Below are positions 48,572-59,565 of a stretch of 64,000 bases of DNA, piece after piece; position 1 is the stretch's first letter; every line of letters starts with the position of its first letter. The notes beneath the pieces are model-generated. The model saw only the letters and a program-made list of their open reading frames with translations, ran no database searches and was not told the DNA's origin. The position numbers and the translations under genes were made by a program. The DNA lies in NCBI GenBank assembly GCA_030295235.1, contig AP026158.1:248001-312000 (forward strand). Reading direction: 5' to 3'. Source of the stretch: Fistulifera solaris (taxonomy: Eukaryota).

Positions 48572-50154
48572 ATGGTATTATCTTTCTCTTTCTTCTCGTT
48601 GATGGCTTCTGCTATCTCAGGAGTTGCTGCAGAGCGTTTGTGCACAAACGGACGACTGTTTGTTGCCGATGCTAACTCGTCGTCGGTTCACTACTTTGAT
48701 CTGGATGGAGAACTTGAAGCATTGACATCAACTGGAAAACTCCTTGACGGGATTGCTGAAATTGAAGGACAAGCTATATACTCCGTTGGTGACAATGAGA
48801 TCGCTATTGTTCACCGTGGCGTGGAAACGGCAATGTACGAAGATGGCTCCATCTACTTTTACCGAGCAGGAACAACCCTTGAGTCGCATGGAGACCACGT
48901 TGATGTCCAGAAGAGCGAACCCTCTGAGTTGCAAAACGCGAAAATCAATTGCGCTCGCGCGACGCACATTGTTGATCACGACGACAAGATTGCTGTCTTC
49001 TGCGACGGGTACTTCAACCCGGATCCAAGTCAAGCTCAAGTGAACACAACTGTCTACGTCGTTGACAAGACTCTCTTCTCTTTCACTGCTGAGCCTACCG
49101 CTATTGCGCACTCTGTTGTTCTCGCAGGAAGCCATCACGGGGTTGCTATTCCAGTAGATGATGATCATCTGCTAGTGTCAGTTGCCCTCCCAGAACGCGT
49201 CGCGCGTGTGGAAAATAGCTCGGCATTGCCAAACGGTTTCGTGGTGCAGGACTACAATGGAAATCTCCTTCACAATTTAAATGTGGCTGATGACAAAGAC
49301 CGCTCGTGTGTCGGCTTCCATGGAAGTGCTGCTGTGGAGGGCAAATTGGCGTTGGGATGTGATTCCTCACATGGAGGGATCTTGTTGGTAGACTATGAGC
49401 CAACTTCAGCCATGTACACATCTCGATCGCTTCTCTACCCAAACGGCTTCGCTGACCACCGTGTGGGGTCCTTTCTCGAGCACCCCGTGCGCGCCACATT
49501 ATCGGAAACTTCAATAGTGACTTGTCGTTCAACATGTTTGCCTTTGATCCAACACTCGAAAGTATCTCTGATAACCACATGCTTTCTCTACCCGCCAAGG
49601 CATGCTCTTCGGCATATGAGCAGGCCGAAGCGAAAGTTATCTTTACTTTGCTGGCAACGGGAGTTGTCCAAATCTACAAGTTTCAGGATACATGGGAGCT
49701 CTTGAGTCAAGTTGAAGTCATTCCAGGCATGACAGATTGCACCGCCGCGTTTATGGCAACAGGCTATGGCCAAGCTTTTGTGTTTGAGAAAGCTGCCATG
49801 AAAATGTATGCAATCGATGCAATTGAGCTTTTACACAGCATTCACGGGGAAGTCACAGCAACAGCCCGGACAGATTTCACGACTAGTCTTATAGTATCAA
49901 CCACCGATTTAACGTTCATGCCCAACTCTGCTGCTGTATCTGGTGCACCGGTTGGCTATGCATGCGTTGCGGAAGAACATCATGATCACTCGGCGCCCGC
50001 TGCAGCCCCGACGGCATCTGGTGACGATGCTCCCACGACACCTGAAAACAGTGCTCCTGTGGCCAGCAAAAGCAACAGCGACGAATCATTCGCAAGCCAC
50101 GTCGGGGCAGGGATGTTCGTGTTGGCGCTCTGCGTTGTAGCCATGAAGATCTGA
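48572..50154 (+). CDS. AztD-like (bacterial zinc metallochaperone, beta-propeller) secreted protein with His-rich linker and predicted GPI-anchor signal; frameshift near 49485
   Basis: Signal peptide; RLFVAD, SHGDH, THIVDH, HHGVAIP, CVGFHGSA, ALGCD motifs; EEHHDH, A/P/T/S linker and terminal hydrophobic stretch. Confidence 0.72.
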
Positions 50155-50352
50155 ATCTAAGGTATTAGGATATGTTGACGACATGAATGTGATTTGTTGG
50201 CTAAACAGTCGTCTTTTGACGTTGATTGATGCGTCGCACAATATCATTTAAAAAATGCTTTTTTTTCTTTGCGTCATCTAAAAGCCCAAAAACCCCTTGT
50301 GACTCCATGATCATTTTCTATTTGAGTGCTTTCGAATTGAACTTAAAGTCGC

Positions 50353-51894
50353 TTATGGCCTGCCATTCTTGTTCTGAATGCGTATTGGTGTAGATGTTGT
50401 CACGAGGTGTGTAGAATTTCTTTTCGAGCTTGGCCTTCCGTTCTGCTTGCTGCTTTTTTTGCTTGTGCTACTTCTTTTTCTAGTAATGGGTATTTCGCTA
50501 TAAAAACTTTCGCTCTTCCTTCCTCTGGATCGCGTTGTTTTGTTTGAATCATTTTGTCCGCTATCAGCACTTGCATGTTCGTCTGCACTACCCTTGTTGC
50601 TGTGAATCTTTGTGCGACTTGTTTGACTGGCATATTTCCCACTCCTTTCGTTACTTTTCTTTGCACTTGACGAATATCTACGCGACATTTTGGTCGAAGC
50701 TTTACTGGATGGTTGGACGGGAGGTTGAAGGGGAGAAGTAACGGGAGGGTCGTTCGGCGGTGTCAAGGAGGGGGCCGTATCGTTTGGCGGAGTCACAGAA
50801 GGGACTGTATCATTCGGTGGTGTCACAGAGGGTGCTATCGGTGCAAAGGGAGGATTGGTCGGCGGAGCCAAAGGCGCAGCAATTGGTGATATAGGAGTAT
50901 TTGTTGTTGATTCGACCGGAGACGGGGGTGTTGGAGAACTTGTAGCACCGGGTAAATCGAGTGGAGCGACCGAAGGAGCCAGTGATTGATTAGGAGCTGT
51001 TGTACTACAGCTGCTGGGCGGATTTGATGACAATTCACAGATTCCGGCTTCAATAAAATCGCTATATTTTGTCACGTCGGTGTAAATTTGAGGCGCAATT
51101 GACATGCAACTTTCCGTAAAGGAGAATATTCCATACTGTATATCTTCGGTAGCATGAATCAGTGGACCACCTTCATCGTCAAAACACGATCCTATCGCAG
51201 CTGTAACACTCCCCGCACATATTTGTGAGTTGGAATCTAATCGTTCGGAATACACGTCAATGCATTCATCAAAATCCAAAACATTGATTTCCGCCTCCAG
51301 AAGCAAAGCGGAAAATTCGGTATTATTGAACAGTCCAAAACCCATCACCCGAAGTGGTTCATTGACCGCCGGCCGTGAAGTTGTCGCAATAGTCACAGTC
51401 GGTTCTGTTCGAGGTGCATCAATTTTGACCAGCATGATATCGTTCGCCCTGGATATTTCGTTGAATTCCGGATGTGACAGCCGTTGTGTTACAATAAGCT
51501 GAGATCCACTTTTCCATTGTACACTTCCAATATACGGGTTTGCAGTTTGTGCCGCCGGACAACTTGCGACTGTCAGTATGATATCCTCGTGTATCAATGT
51601 GCCTCCACAGGTACTATCATCATCCCCGGGAAAATGCACAAAATAGGGATACGTCAAGTTATCCGCCACCGGAGTTCCTCCAATAATACTCGGAAGAACG
51701 AAACCTGCAGCGGGCTCAACATCCGGTTGAAACCACAAGACGGAATCCGTCTGACCAGCGCGAGGCGCCGTATCCACTGACGGCCTCCGAAATACATTCG
51801 GTCGAAGAGACGAACGAGGCCTGTTCTTTACTACTGGCGGAGCAATCAAGGGAAGCATTTGAAAACTGTTGTAGAGGAAACATGATTGGTGCAA
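50353..51894 (-). CDS. Trypsin-like serine protease homolog (catalytically inactive) with Pro-rich linker and Ser/Lys/Arg-rich tail
   Basis: IIGG, CGGTLI, LTVASC (His lost), NDIMLVK, SCFDDEGGPL (Ser lost). Start uncertain. Confidence 0.82.
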   Translation of the reverse strand: MHQSCFLYNSFQMLPLIAPPVVKNRPRSSLRPNVFRRPSVDTAPRAGQTDSVLWFQPDVEPAAGFVLPSIIGGTPVADNLTYPYFVHFPGDDDSTCGGTLIHEDIILTVASCPAAQTANPYIGSVQWKSGSQLIVTQRLSHPEFNEISRANDIMLVKIDAPRTEPTVTIATTSRPAVNEPLRVMGFGLFNNTEFSALLLEAEINVLDFDECIDVYSERLDSNSQICAGSVTAAIGSCFDDEGGPLIHATEDIQYGIFSFTESCMSIAPQIYTDVTKYSDFIEAGICELSSNPPSSCSTTAPNQSLAPSVAPLDLPGATSSPTPPSPVESTTNTPISPIAAPLAPPTNPPFAPIAPSVTPPNDTVPSVTPPNDTAPSLTPPNDPPVTSPLQPPVQPSSKASTKMSRRYSSSAKKSNERSGKYASQTSRTKIHSNKGSADEHASADSGQNDSNKTTRSRGRKSESFYSEIPITRKRSSTSKKSSKQNGRPSSKRNSTHLVTTSTPIRIQNKNGRP

Positions 51895-52288
51895 CCTTTT
51901 TGACGCAGAGGTCGATTAAACAACGAGGACTTGTGTCTGTCTTGAATCATGAAAGGAATGCCGTTGACTTCCGAAGAAAATGCCAAAATTGGCGTCGATG
52001 CCCTTTGTGCGGGAAGCGGGCGCGGCAAAATCATTCTCAGTGTCAGTACCGATGCGGTATTATAATCACTCGTGAATGAGTGTTACGACTGACTCTGAGG
52101 TGACGTACGACGACGGCGCACTTTTTCCGTCCATTCGTTTGCGCACGTTTGTTGCACGTTGCACGTCTCCACACTTGCTTTTCTGTCGCGACGATTTCTC
52201 TTTGCAATCGGAGATTCAAACCACAAAGAAAAGGCGTTGAGCTATTGACTTATTTATTCTATCCTACATATCTCTTTTTGTTCCAATC

Positions 52289-53869
52289 ATGTCTTCTGTT
52301 ACTTACAGCAGCACGCGCGGCGGTCAAAAGAAGCTTGACTTCCGTACCGTCGTCATGCAAGGATTAGCCCATGATCGCGGTTTGTTTGTTCCAGATGAAA
52401 TACCGACGGTGTCTGCGGAAGAACTGGCGGCTTGGCGCGATCTCAGCTATCCGGATTTATCGGTACAGATTTTTCGAAAATTCGTCAAAGAAGATCAAGT
52501 GCCTCTTTCGGTGCTCAAAGACATTATTCATCGATCCTGTGCGGCGTTTCGCCATCCGGACGTTACGCCTGTCATTCAAGTCAACGGTCATGCCGTATTG
52601 GTGCGTCTATGCTGCATACTGTCACAACTGTGTCGTTACGTTCTTTTCCTCATAAAAATTTTCGCTCTCTTGCTACTTAGGAACTCTTTCACGGACCGAC
52701 ATTGGCGTTCAAAGATGTTGCGTTGCAAATGTTAGGCAACTTCTTTGAATATTTTCTAGATACAGGCTCCAATGGTGGACAATTGACTGTATTGGGAGCT
52801 ACATCTGGTGATACAGGAAGTGCGGCAATTGCTGGTTTGCGAGGCAAGCGGGGAGTTTCTTGTATCATCCTGTATCCGCACGGTCGGGTCAGTCACCGTC
52901 AGGAATTGCAAATGATCACGGTCCCCGATGAAAATGTGTTTGCTGTGGCGGTCAAAGACGCTACCTTTGATGACTGCCAAGATTTTGTCAAAGCATCTTT
53001 CAATACGCCCGCATTTCGTGACAAAGTTCATTTGGGTGCCGTGAATTCCATCAATTGGTGCCGCGTCTTGGCCCAGACGACTTACTACTACTGGAGCTAC
53101 TTCCGAGTCACTTCCTCGAATGCGGAAACTGCCAGCTTCTCTGTACCGACTGGCAATTTTGGAGACATTCTGGCTGGCTTTTACTCCAAGCAAATGGGGT
53201 TGCCCGTGGATAAGCTTGTCGTTGCGACGAACGAGAATGACATTCTTCACCGTTTTTTCACAACCGGTAAATACGAAAGAGAATCGATCCAAGAGACTAT
53301 CAGTCCATCTATGGACATCTGCGTATCCAGTAACTTTGAAAGGTACCTGTTCTGGTTGACTGGTAATGACCCTGCTAAATTGAAGCAATGGATGACCGAC
53401 TTTGAGAAAACGAACGTTCTATCAGTCAGCCCTGCCCAGCTCCGTCAGGCTCAGGGGGACTTTTTTCTCTTCGCGAGTCAACACCGACGAGACCATCCGT
53501 GTCATTGGAGAATATCATAAATCGCACAATTACCTGTTGTGTCCACATTCCGCAGTCGGCGTGAAAGCGATTCACAACCTAAAGTTGGTGTCACCACGAA
53601 TGGTGTGCCTCGCAACGGCCGACCAAGGAAAGTTTCCGGACGCCGTTCGTCGCGCCGTGCAGGATCCTCCCACACCGACCGAGATCCAAGTTTTGGAAAA
53701 ACTTCCCATTCGTCGTTTCGAGTTGTCGAAAGACCTCAAGAAAGTGCAAAACTTCGTAGAGTCTCGTGTCAGCGGCAACAAAAAGTCGTTTGTTTCAGAA
53801 CATTCGCTTCTCCTGACTGCCATTGCCGTTTCGGTTCTGGCAGTGGCATTACAAATGAGAAAGAGATAA
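52289..53869 (+). CDS. thrC: Threonine synthase; intron 52601-52680; frameshift near 53465
   Basis: YSSTRG, GLA.DRGLFVP, ELFHGPTLAFKD, ATSGDTGSAA, NSINW.R, VPTGNFG, SPSMDI.VSSNFER. Confidence 0.95.
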
Positions 53870-53899
53870 ATGAAGATTTATAGAATGCTATATCATTTC

Positions 53900-54166
53900 T
53901 TAGTATACAGTATGTACAAGCACATGTGCGGTATCCATCATTTGCTCCAAAATACTTTCACCCGTCAAAACTTCTTCCGTCAAAAACAACACGGAACCCA
54001 CCATAGCGACTCTTCCCACCGCAATTTCGACAGTGTCAGAAACTTCCGTTCGCTCCTTGCGCGGCATATCCTTCCATGTTAATGAAGCGGGCTTGGTGGG
54101 CGTCGAAAATGCCATTGTCTGGCTCAGCAAGCATGATAAAACCAAGAGAATGCTGAGCAGAGACAT
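53900..54166 (-). CDS. Plastid-targeted one-helix LHC-like protein (HLIP/OHP-like)
   Basis: Signal peptide ending TMA-FS; EIAVGRVAMVG....E.LTGESI..Q resembles the LHC-like helix. Confidence 0.72.
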   Translation of the reverse strand: MSLLSILLVLSCLLSQTMAFSTPTKPASLTWKDMPRKERTEVSDTVEIAVGRVAMVGSVLFLTEEVLTGESILEQMMDTAHVLVHTVY

Positions 54167-54674
54167 TTGTTTGCTTTCTGTTGTTCAAGAATGCGGCTGT
54201 TCGTTGCTCTGAGACGTCTTGAGCGAACGTGCGAGAAGGAAGAAGATGAGAATGATGATGATGATGATGATGATGTGTTCCGATAAAAACAGTCGATGGC
54301 GTGGTTTTTTACATTTTTCTCCGTTTTTGTTCTTCTCACTCCGGCCGTGGCTGACGTCACTTCCGACAATGCACAGACGATGAAAGGGGCGAGAGGTTGG
54401 GTACCGGTAGGAGGCGAAAGGCAAAAGGAACGCTTTTTACTAGTAGTACGTAGTACGTATTATTTTTCGACCATTGCCATAACTTCGTAAAAGTTAGGGT
54501 TACTGTCATTACAATTGAGGGTTACTGTCATTTGTCATTTAGTCCCCAACGAATATGATTCAATGTTACCTGTTTACTAAAAGTGACTCTGCCGCGCGGT
54601 TCGACTGCCAAGAAAGTCGCCGTTGTTGCACAACTTTTGATATCACAACGAAATCAATAATCACAACAACCACC

Positions 54675-55192
54675 ATGGTAAGAGATCCTTTGCGATCCGC
54701 CTACCCGTCTACATGAGAGTGCTCACGCTTTCTCATGTCAGTGCGGGGGCCTTTCATCTTGTTCCATGCTTTTACTCGGTACACACTTCGAATCATCCAC
54801 TCTGACCCTCCACATTCATCTTCTCTCTCATGACAGGTCAAGGGAAAGAAAACCGGAGGCTCCAAATTTGTCATTGACTGCAGTGCACCTGTAGAAGACA
54901 AAGTATTGGATGTCGCGCAATTCGAGAAATACTTGCACGATCGCATCAAAATCAACAACAAGACGGGTCAATTGGCTCAAGCCGGTGTGGTCATTACTCG
55001 TGATCGCACCAAATTAACGGTCGCCGCTCCGGCGGATTTGGCTTTTCGAAACGTCAACTGAAGTATTTGAGCAAGCGCTATTTGAAGAAACTCCAGCTAA
55101 AGAACTTCTTGCGTGTGGTAGCGGCTTCCAAAAACTCGTACGAAATGCGATACTACAGCATCGCCGGCGGTGATGCTGAGGAAGAAGAATAA
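54675..55192 (+). CDS. RPL22: 60S ribosomal protein eL22; intron 54678-54836; frameshift near 55045
   Basis: [56 protein letters not shown]. Confidence 0.93.
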
Positions 55193-55435
55193 AGTAGAAA
55201 CAATCTTCTTATTCTTTGTCAACAACCTCGTATCCGTGTCTTTTGCATTTGCGTTTGCTATTCTGATGACGCGCCTCGAAAACTAGAGATGATGCGTTTC
55301 GTTTGGTAAAATTTAGCCTGTGTCAGTTTATCTATTACCTTAGTTTGATGAGCAAAATTGCGTAGAGCTTCAAGGGCCCAAGGCAGAAATATACATAGTA
55401 TACAACATGAGTTTTTTTGGTTGAGGGTCTCATGC

Positions 55436-56482
55436 TCACACCTCGATGCTGTGAAGAGGTGGGTTTTTGTGCAAAGTCTGCAATTGTCGTGCCGTGATCA
55501 TCAATCCCCGTAGGAGCGGAAGGACACTGATAAATATAATTAACGAAACGACAATGGCGGCTATCGAGTCGGCGACGGCACCGTCAACACTAGATACCAG
55601 TGTTGCAATGATCGCAGCAATTAGGACGGCAGCGGACCGCAAGGTGTCGGCGCACACATGCTGTTGCAGATCAATGAGAAAACGAATGAGAGGATGATAC
55701 TCCGTACTCATTTCACAAGCAACTTTAGCAAGAAGTACTCACCGTCCATGCACTGCACATGTTCAAATTCACCAGCTCAATATCTTCGTTCTCGTCATAA
55801 ACAACTCGTTTATCGGAATGCAGCAGACTTGATGACTCGTTGACTGTTTCCTCAGGATAGCCCATTTCCACTGTCTTCTTACGCTGAGATGGTTTTATTA
55901 TATCAAGTCCGTAAATGGAATTCGCTTGAGCAAAGCAAGTGACATTGACAATGTCTAGCAGAAGATTCGCTCCTGAAAACGATAGCATTATGGGTACCGA
56001 CACGTCTTCTACTTCATCGTCGTCGGTAGTTGATGACCCGAAAAGTGCAGAGAATGCCTCGTTTAGCGTCATGACTGTAACCGCGATCAATGTCATGATA
56101 CTCAAAGCAGGCGGAATCAGCTCCAGATAAAGTCTTTGGAGTTCTCTTCGGTAAGCCCGATGTTTCCCGGGTAATTCCAGTTCGCTCGCTGAAAAGGGCG
56201 CGTTTTGATCCGCTCGGCCATTAAATTAAACATGTAAGTCAACGCATCCACAGACATTGCTTCCGAGTCCGCTAGCATTGCTTGGCTGTTCGCAATCAAA
56301 GCAAAGACTGCTTGGATAAGTAAAAAGCCGACAAAACTCAGAAACGCCACGTTTAGCACATATTCGTTCGACAGACTCTCCGCATCGTCCGAAGGTTTCT
56401 TCTCAGTTACAATGCTGTTGTTTTCACTCCCTTCATCATCGGCGATACTGCCAAATGATCGTTCCACTTCTCTCGGTGCCAT
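55436..56482 (-). CDS. CDF/ZnT family transporter B; intron 55661-55742; frameshift(s) near 56150-56190
   Basis: SNEYVLNVAFLSF, SQAMLADSEAMSVDALTY, NLNMCSAWTHVCADTLRSAAVLIA; paralog of 43672-44740. Confidence 0.82.
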
Positions 56483-56951
56483 CTTTCGTTTTGAAGAAGA
56501 GAAAAAACGTTCGATCGTCGTGGAAAAACCCCATGTACTCCAATTTGTGTTCTTCGGTGGTTATCACTGCACGACACACCTTGCGGTTTTATGGGACGAG
56601 AACCGAACCGCCACGCGCCGACAGTAGCACGCGACTTCAACCTTGTCTGACGTCGGGGGACGTGTACAACTTTACCATATGCGATGACCTCGGGAAAACG
56701 CCATGGGTGGATTACATAGAGATGTTAGTACCGTTTGATGTGATTAGGCGCGTGCTTGGCACGCGAAACCCCAATCGTACGCGGTTTGATGATTCGTTTC
56801 ATTCGTGACTCAAGATTCACCGAGGGCCGAGGCTAGAGTGATACTTGTACGTGATACTCCGTGCTCCGTCTCGTTGTACTCAGTGGCTATTATTGTGAAA
56901 GGAGGCTCTTGAGAAGCTTAGTGTGAATGTAGACGACTTAAAAAGGAAAAG

Positions 56952-57932
56952 TTATCGTCGATCTGCTAAGCCTGGCTGATAAACATTTACTTGCCAAAAG
57001 TCTCGTTTCTGCTCGTATGTGAATTTCGCCGCTGCTGGACTCACACTGATTGCGGAAATAATTATGATACGCGGTTCAGTTTCCCGCAAAGAGGCTCAGG
57101 CAAAACCGATTTGCCAAACGCCCGTTGAGAAAACTCATCCTCTCCAGCCTTAAATACTCCTGAGGTTAACCAGTCTTTAAAATACTTTTTTGAAAAGAGA
57201 CGCAGTTGTGCTACCATTGGCAAGAACGACACGTTGAATACTAGGGTGCTCGTCACAGAATTCGCGGATTGGATTCACTACTTCATTGCGTATGTTCTGG
57301 TCTAAAGATCCCTTTCGTTCACACGAATGAACAACGTCCCATAAACAAAAGCCATTCGCCAGCAACAAATTCATTTGCTCCTCGTAAGGCAGTACATTTT
57401 CGTATCGAAGCGACTTTGCCAACGCATAGGGCTGACCCGAGCTGGGTGAAATCCCTGTATCGCGTCGGAACCCCAAGCAATCGCCAGCAATCCACCAGAA
57501 AGCGCTTCAAAGGAAAAGCAGATAAGGCACGAGAGGTGAGCGATTCGACTTTTGGCCTCGAACGCGTGAGATACTTTTTATGTTTACTTACTTGACTGGA
57601 TGAGCGTAATATTGCTGCTGTTTTAACGAGGTCGTCGATGGGTGTGTACCCAGAATGAGAGTATGAGGTTCAATATTTGGCAATGAATCGACCTGTCCAG
57701 CCCACATGGCGGAGAAGGACGACGTTCGAGCAACCGGTACTTCTGATATAACTTCCGCATTCGACTTCTTGTTCTTGTTAAAAAAGTATTTTGATTTATC
57801 TGTACTCTTTGACGCGGAAGCTTGTCTTTTGGCAATGCTCCGAGAAGGTGCTCTCAAGGCTGCACCTTGCTGGGAAAGCGTCAGATAAGCTGCTGCACAT
57901 AACATGCCTTTCCTCCTTTTTGACTTTGTCAT
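56952..57932 (-). CDS. Uracil-DNA glycosylase superfamily protein (hypoxanthine/deoxyinosine glycosylase-like); one intron near 57508-57590; frameshifts
   Basis: LILGTHPS..SL..QQYYAHP.N.FW, LWDVVHSCERKGSLD..I, NG, SPA. Confidence 0.8.
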
Positions 57933-58303
57933 CCTTGTGAAAACTTTTTATGATTTTCTTTAATGCCGAGCTGAAGACCTTAAACAAACTGATGTTTGTT
58001 CGTGGTGATTGATTCCTAGTACTCCCCCAAGAGTAACGAGGAGTCGTTGTCGTCGTCATCAGCGCAGCAAAAGAAAAAATGAGGGACTTGTTGGTTTCAT
58101 ACAGATTTTGTAGACGCGCGAGCGACAGACAGTTGCTACCTTGTACCAAGTACCCCGGTACCGTACCGCCATTTTTATAATCCCTCTCACTTTCACGGAA
58201 ATGATCGATGATCTAGACAAGAGACGCAAAGCACGACAAAAACTATGAATATGCGTTTTGTTATATATTTCAAAAATATACTATGCAGCTTAAAATGACC
58301 GTA

Positions 58304-59118
58304 TTAGCCGTAAACAATATGACGATGGCATAAATTAGGGTGACATCGAATGAAATGGTAGATAATTTCGACGTTCGACCGTCGACATGCGTATTCAAAC
58401 AGCGACAAATCTCCTATCTTTCGTGCCGGATCAGCACCGCGATTCAATAAAAGACCCACAAGCTCCGAGTTCCCTAGTGTCACAGCCACGTAGAGAGGAA
58501 AATTCCCTTTTTGTCGGTCGTCTCGACGTCAATATGTTTTTTCGAAAGTAGCGATCTATAGACTTTGGAATACCTTCTTGATCTAGAAGCAAGCAGTAAG
58601 GGAGCCTGTCCAGCCGAGTCAACTGCATTGGCGTCGACGTTCAGCTGAGATACTAGTATTTGTGCTGCCATCGAGTGTTTGAGGTGCAGTGCAAGTAGTA
58701 GGAGGGACGATCCTGTTAGAACACTACGTTCTTGCTGCACGTTACGAATGAGATGAATGTGGACACAATGGTAAGCGGGCGAATACCAATACACTGGTAG
58801 ATTGATATCAGTACCGTACTCGATCAGCATCTTGATCATTTTGATGTTGTTACTGATGATAGCCGCATACAAGGGTGTCTTGCCATCCAAATTTCGTTGA
58901 TTGGGGAGCGCACCCTGACGCAAAAGGAGTTGCGCAGTGTCTACGTCACCATTACAAACAGCATGGAACAACGATGAATTCCCATTGACATCACAATGGT
59001 TCGCGTTGACACCATGTTCGAGCAGAACTTGAATCAAGTCTTTTCGTTGCGAGATACTGGCGTCGAGGAGAACCTCAGATGTCATTGATTCCGGATTAGT
59101 CTGCAAATTTTCACTCAT
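58304..59118 (-). CDS. Ankyrin repeat protein; frameshift near 58500
   Basis: GNSSLFHAV, GKTPLYAAI, GQAPLLLA, LLNRGADP. Confidence 0.8.
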
Positions 59119-59565
59119 TGTATCTCAGCATTCTATCACTTTATAAATGATTGTAAATGACTAGTACGAATTGTAAAAGAATGAATCTTGATGTGATGAG
59201 TGTTTTGAACGATCGATGAAAAGGAACAATTTGATTTTTGTTCTGCGAGGTGGAGTTTTTCGGTGGAGTTTCATGTTTCGGGTGATGTCAGTCGTGAGCT
59301 CTTCGGTTCTTAATTTTCGTGTTTTACGTTTTTCACTTAGCAGAGGACAGAGGATACGAAACGGAACCACTTGTTTCGACCTCAAGCTTATTTCGAAAGA
59401 AATGTTCCTCCGATGCGTTTGCTGGACAGCACTTCAACACTCGCAGCTCTATACCTGTAATGATTATGCAACAACCTTGCCCTGACATGTTGCTTATTTG
59501 TTTGATGTTAGACAGTTACGGTGTTTTCTAAATAATTTGGCATATCAGAGAATTGAACGCCGCCG

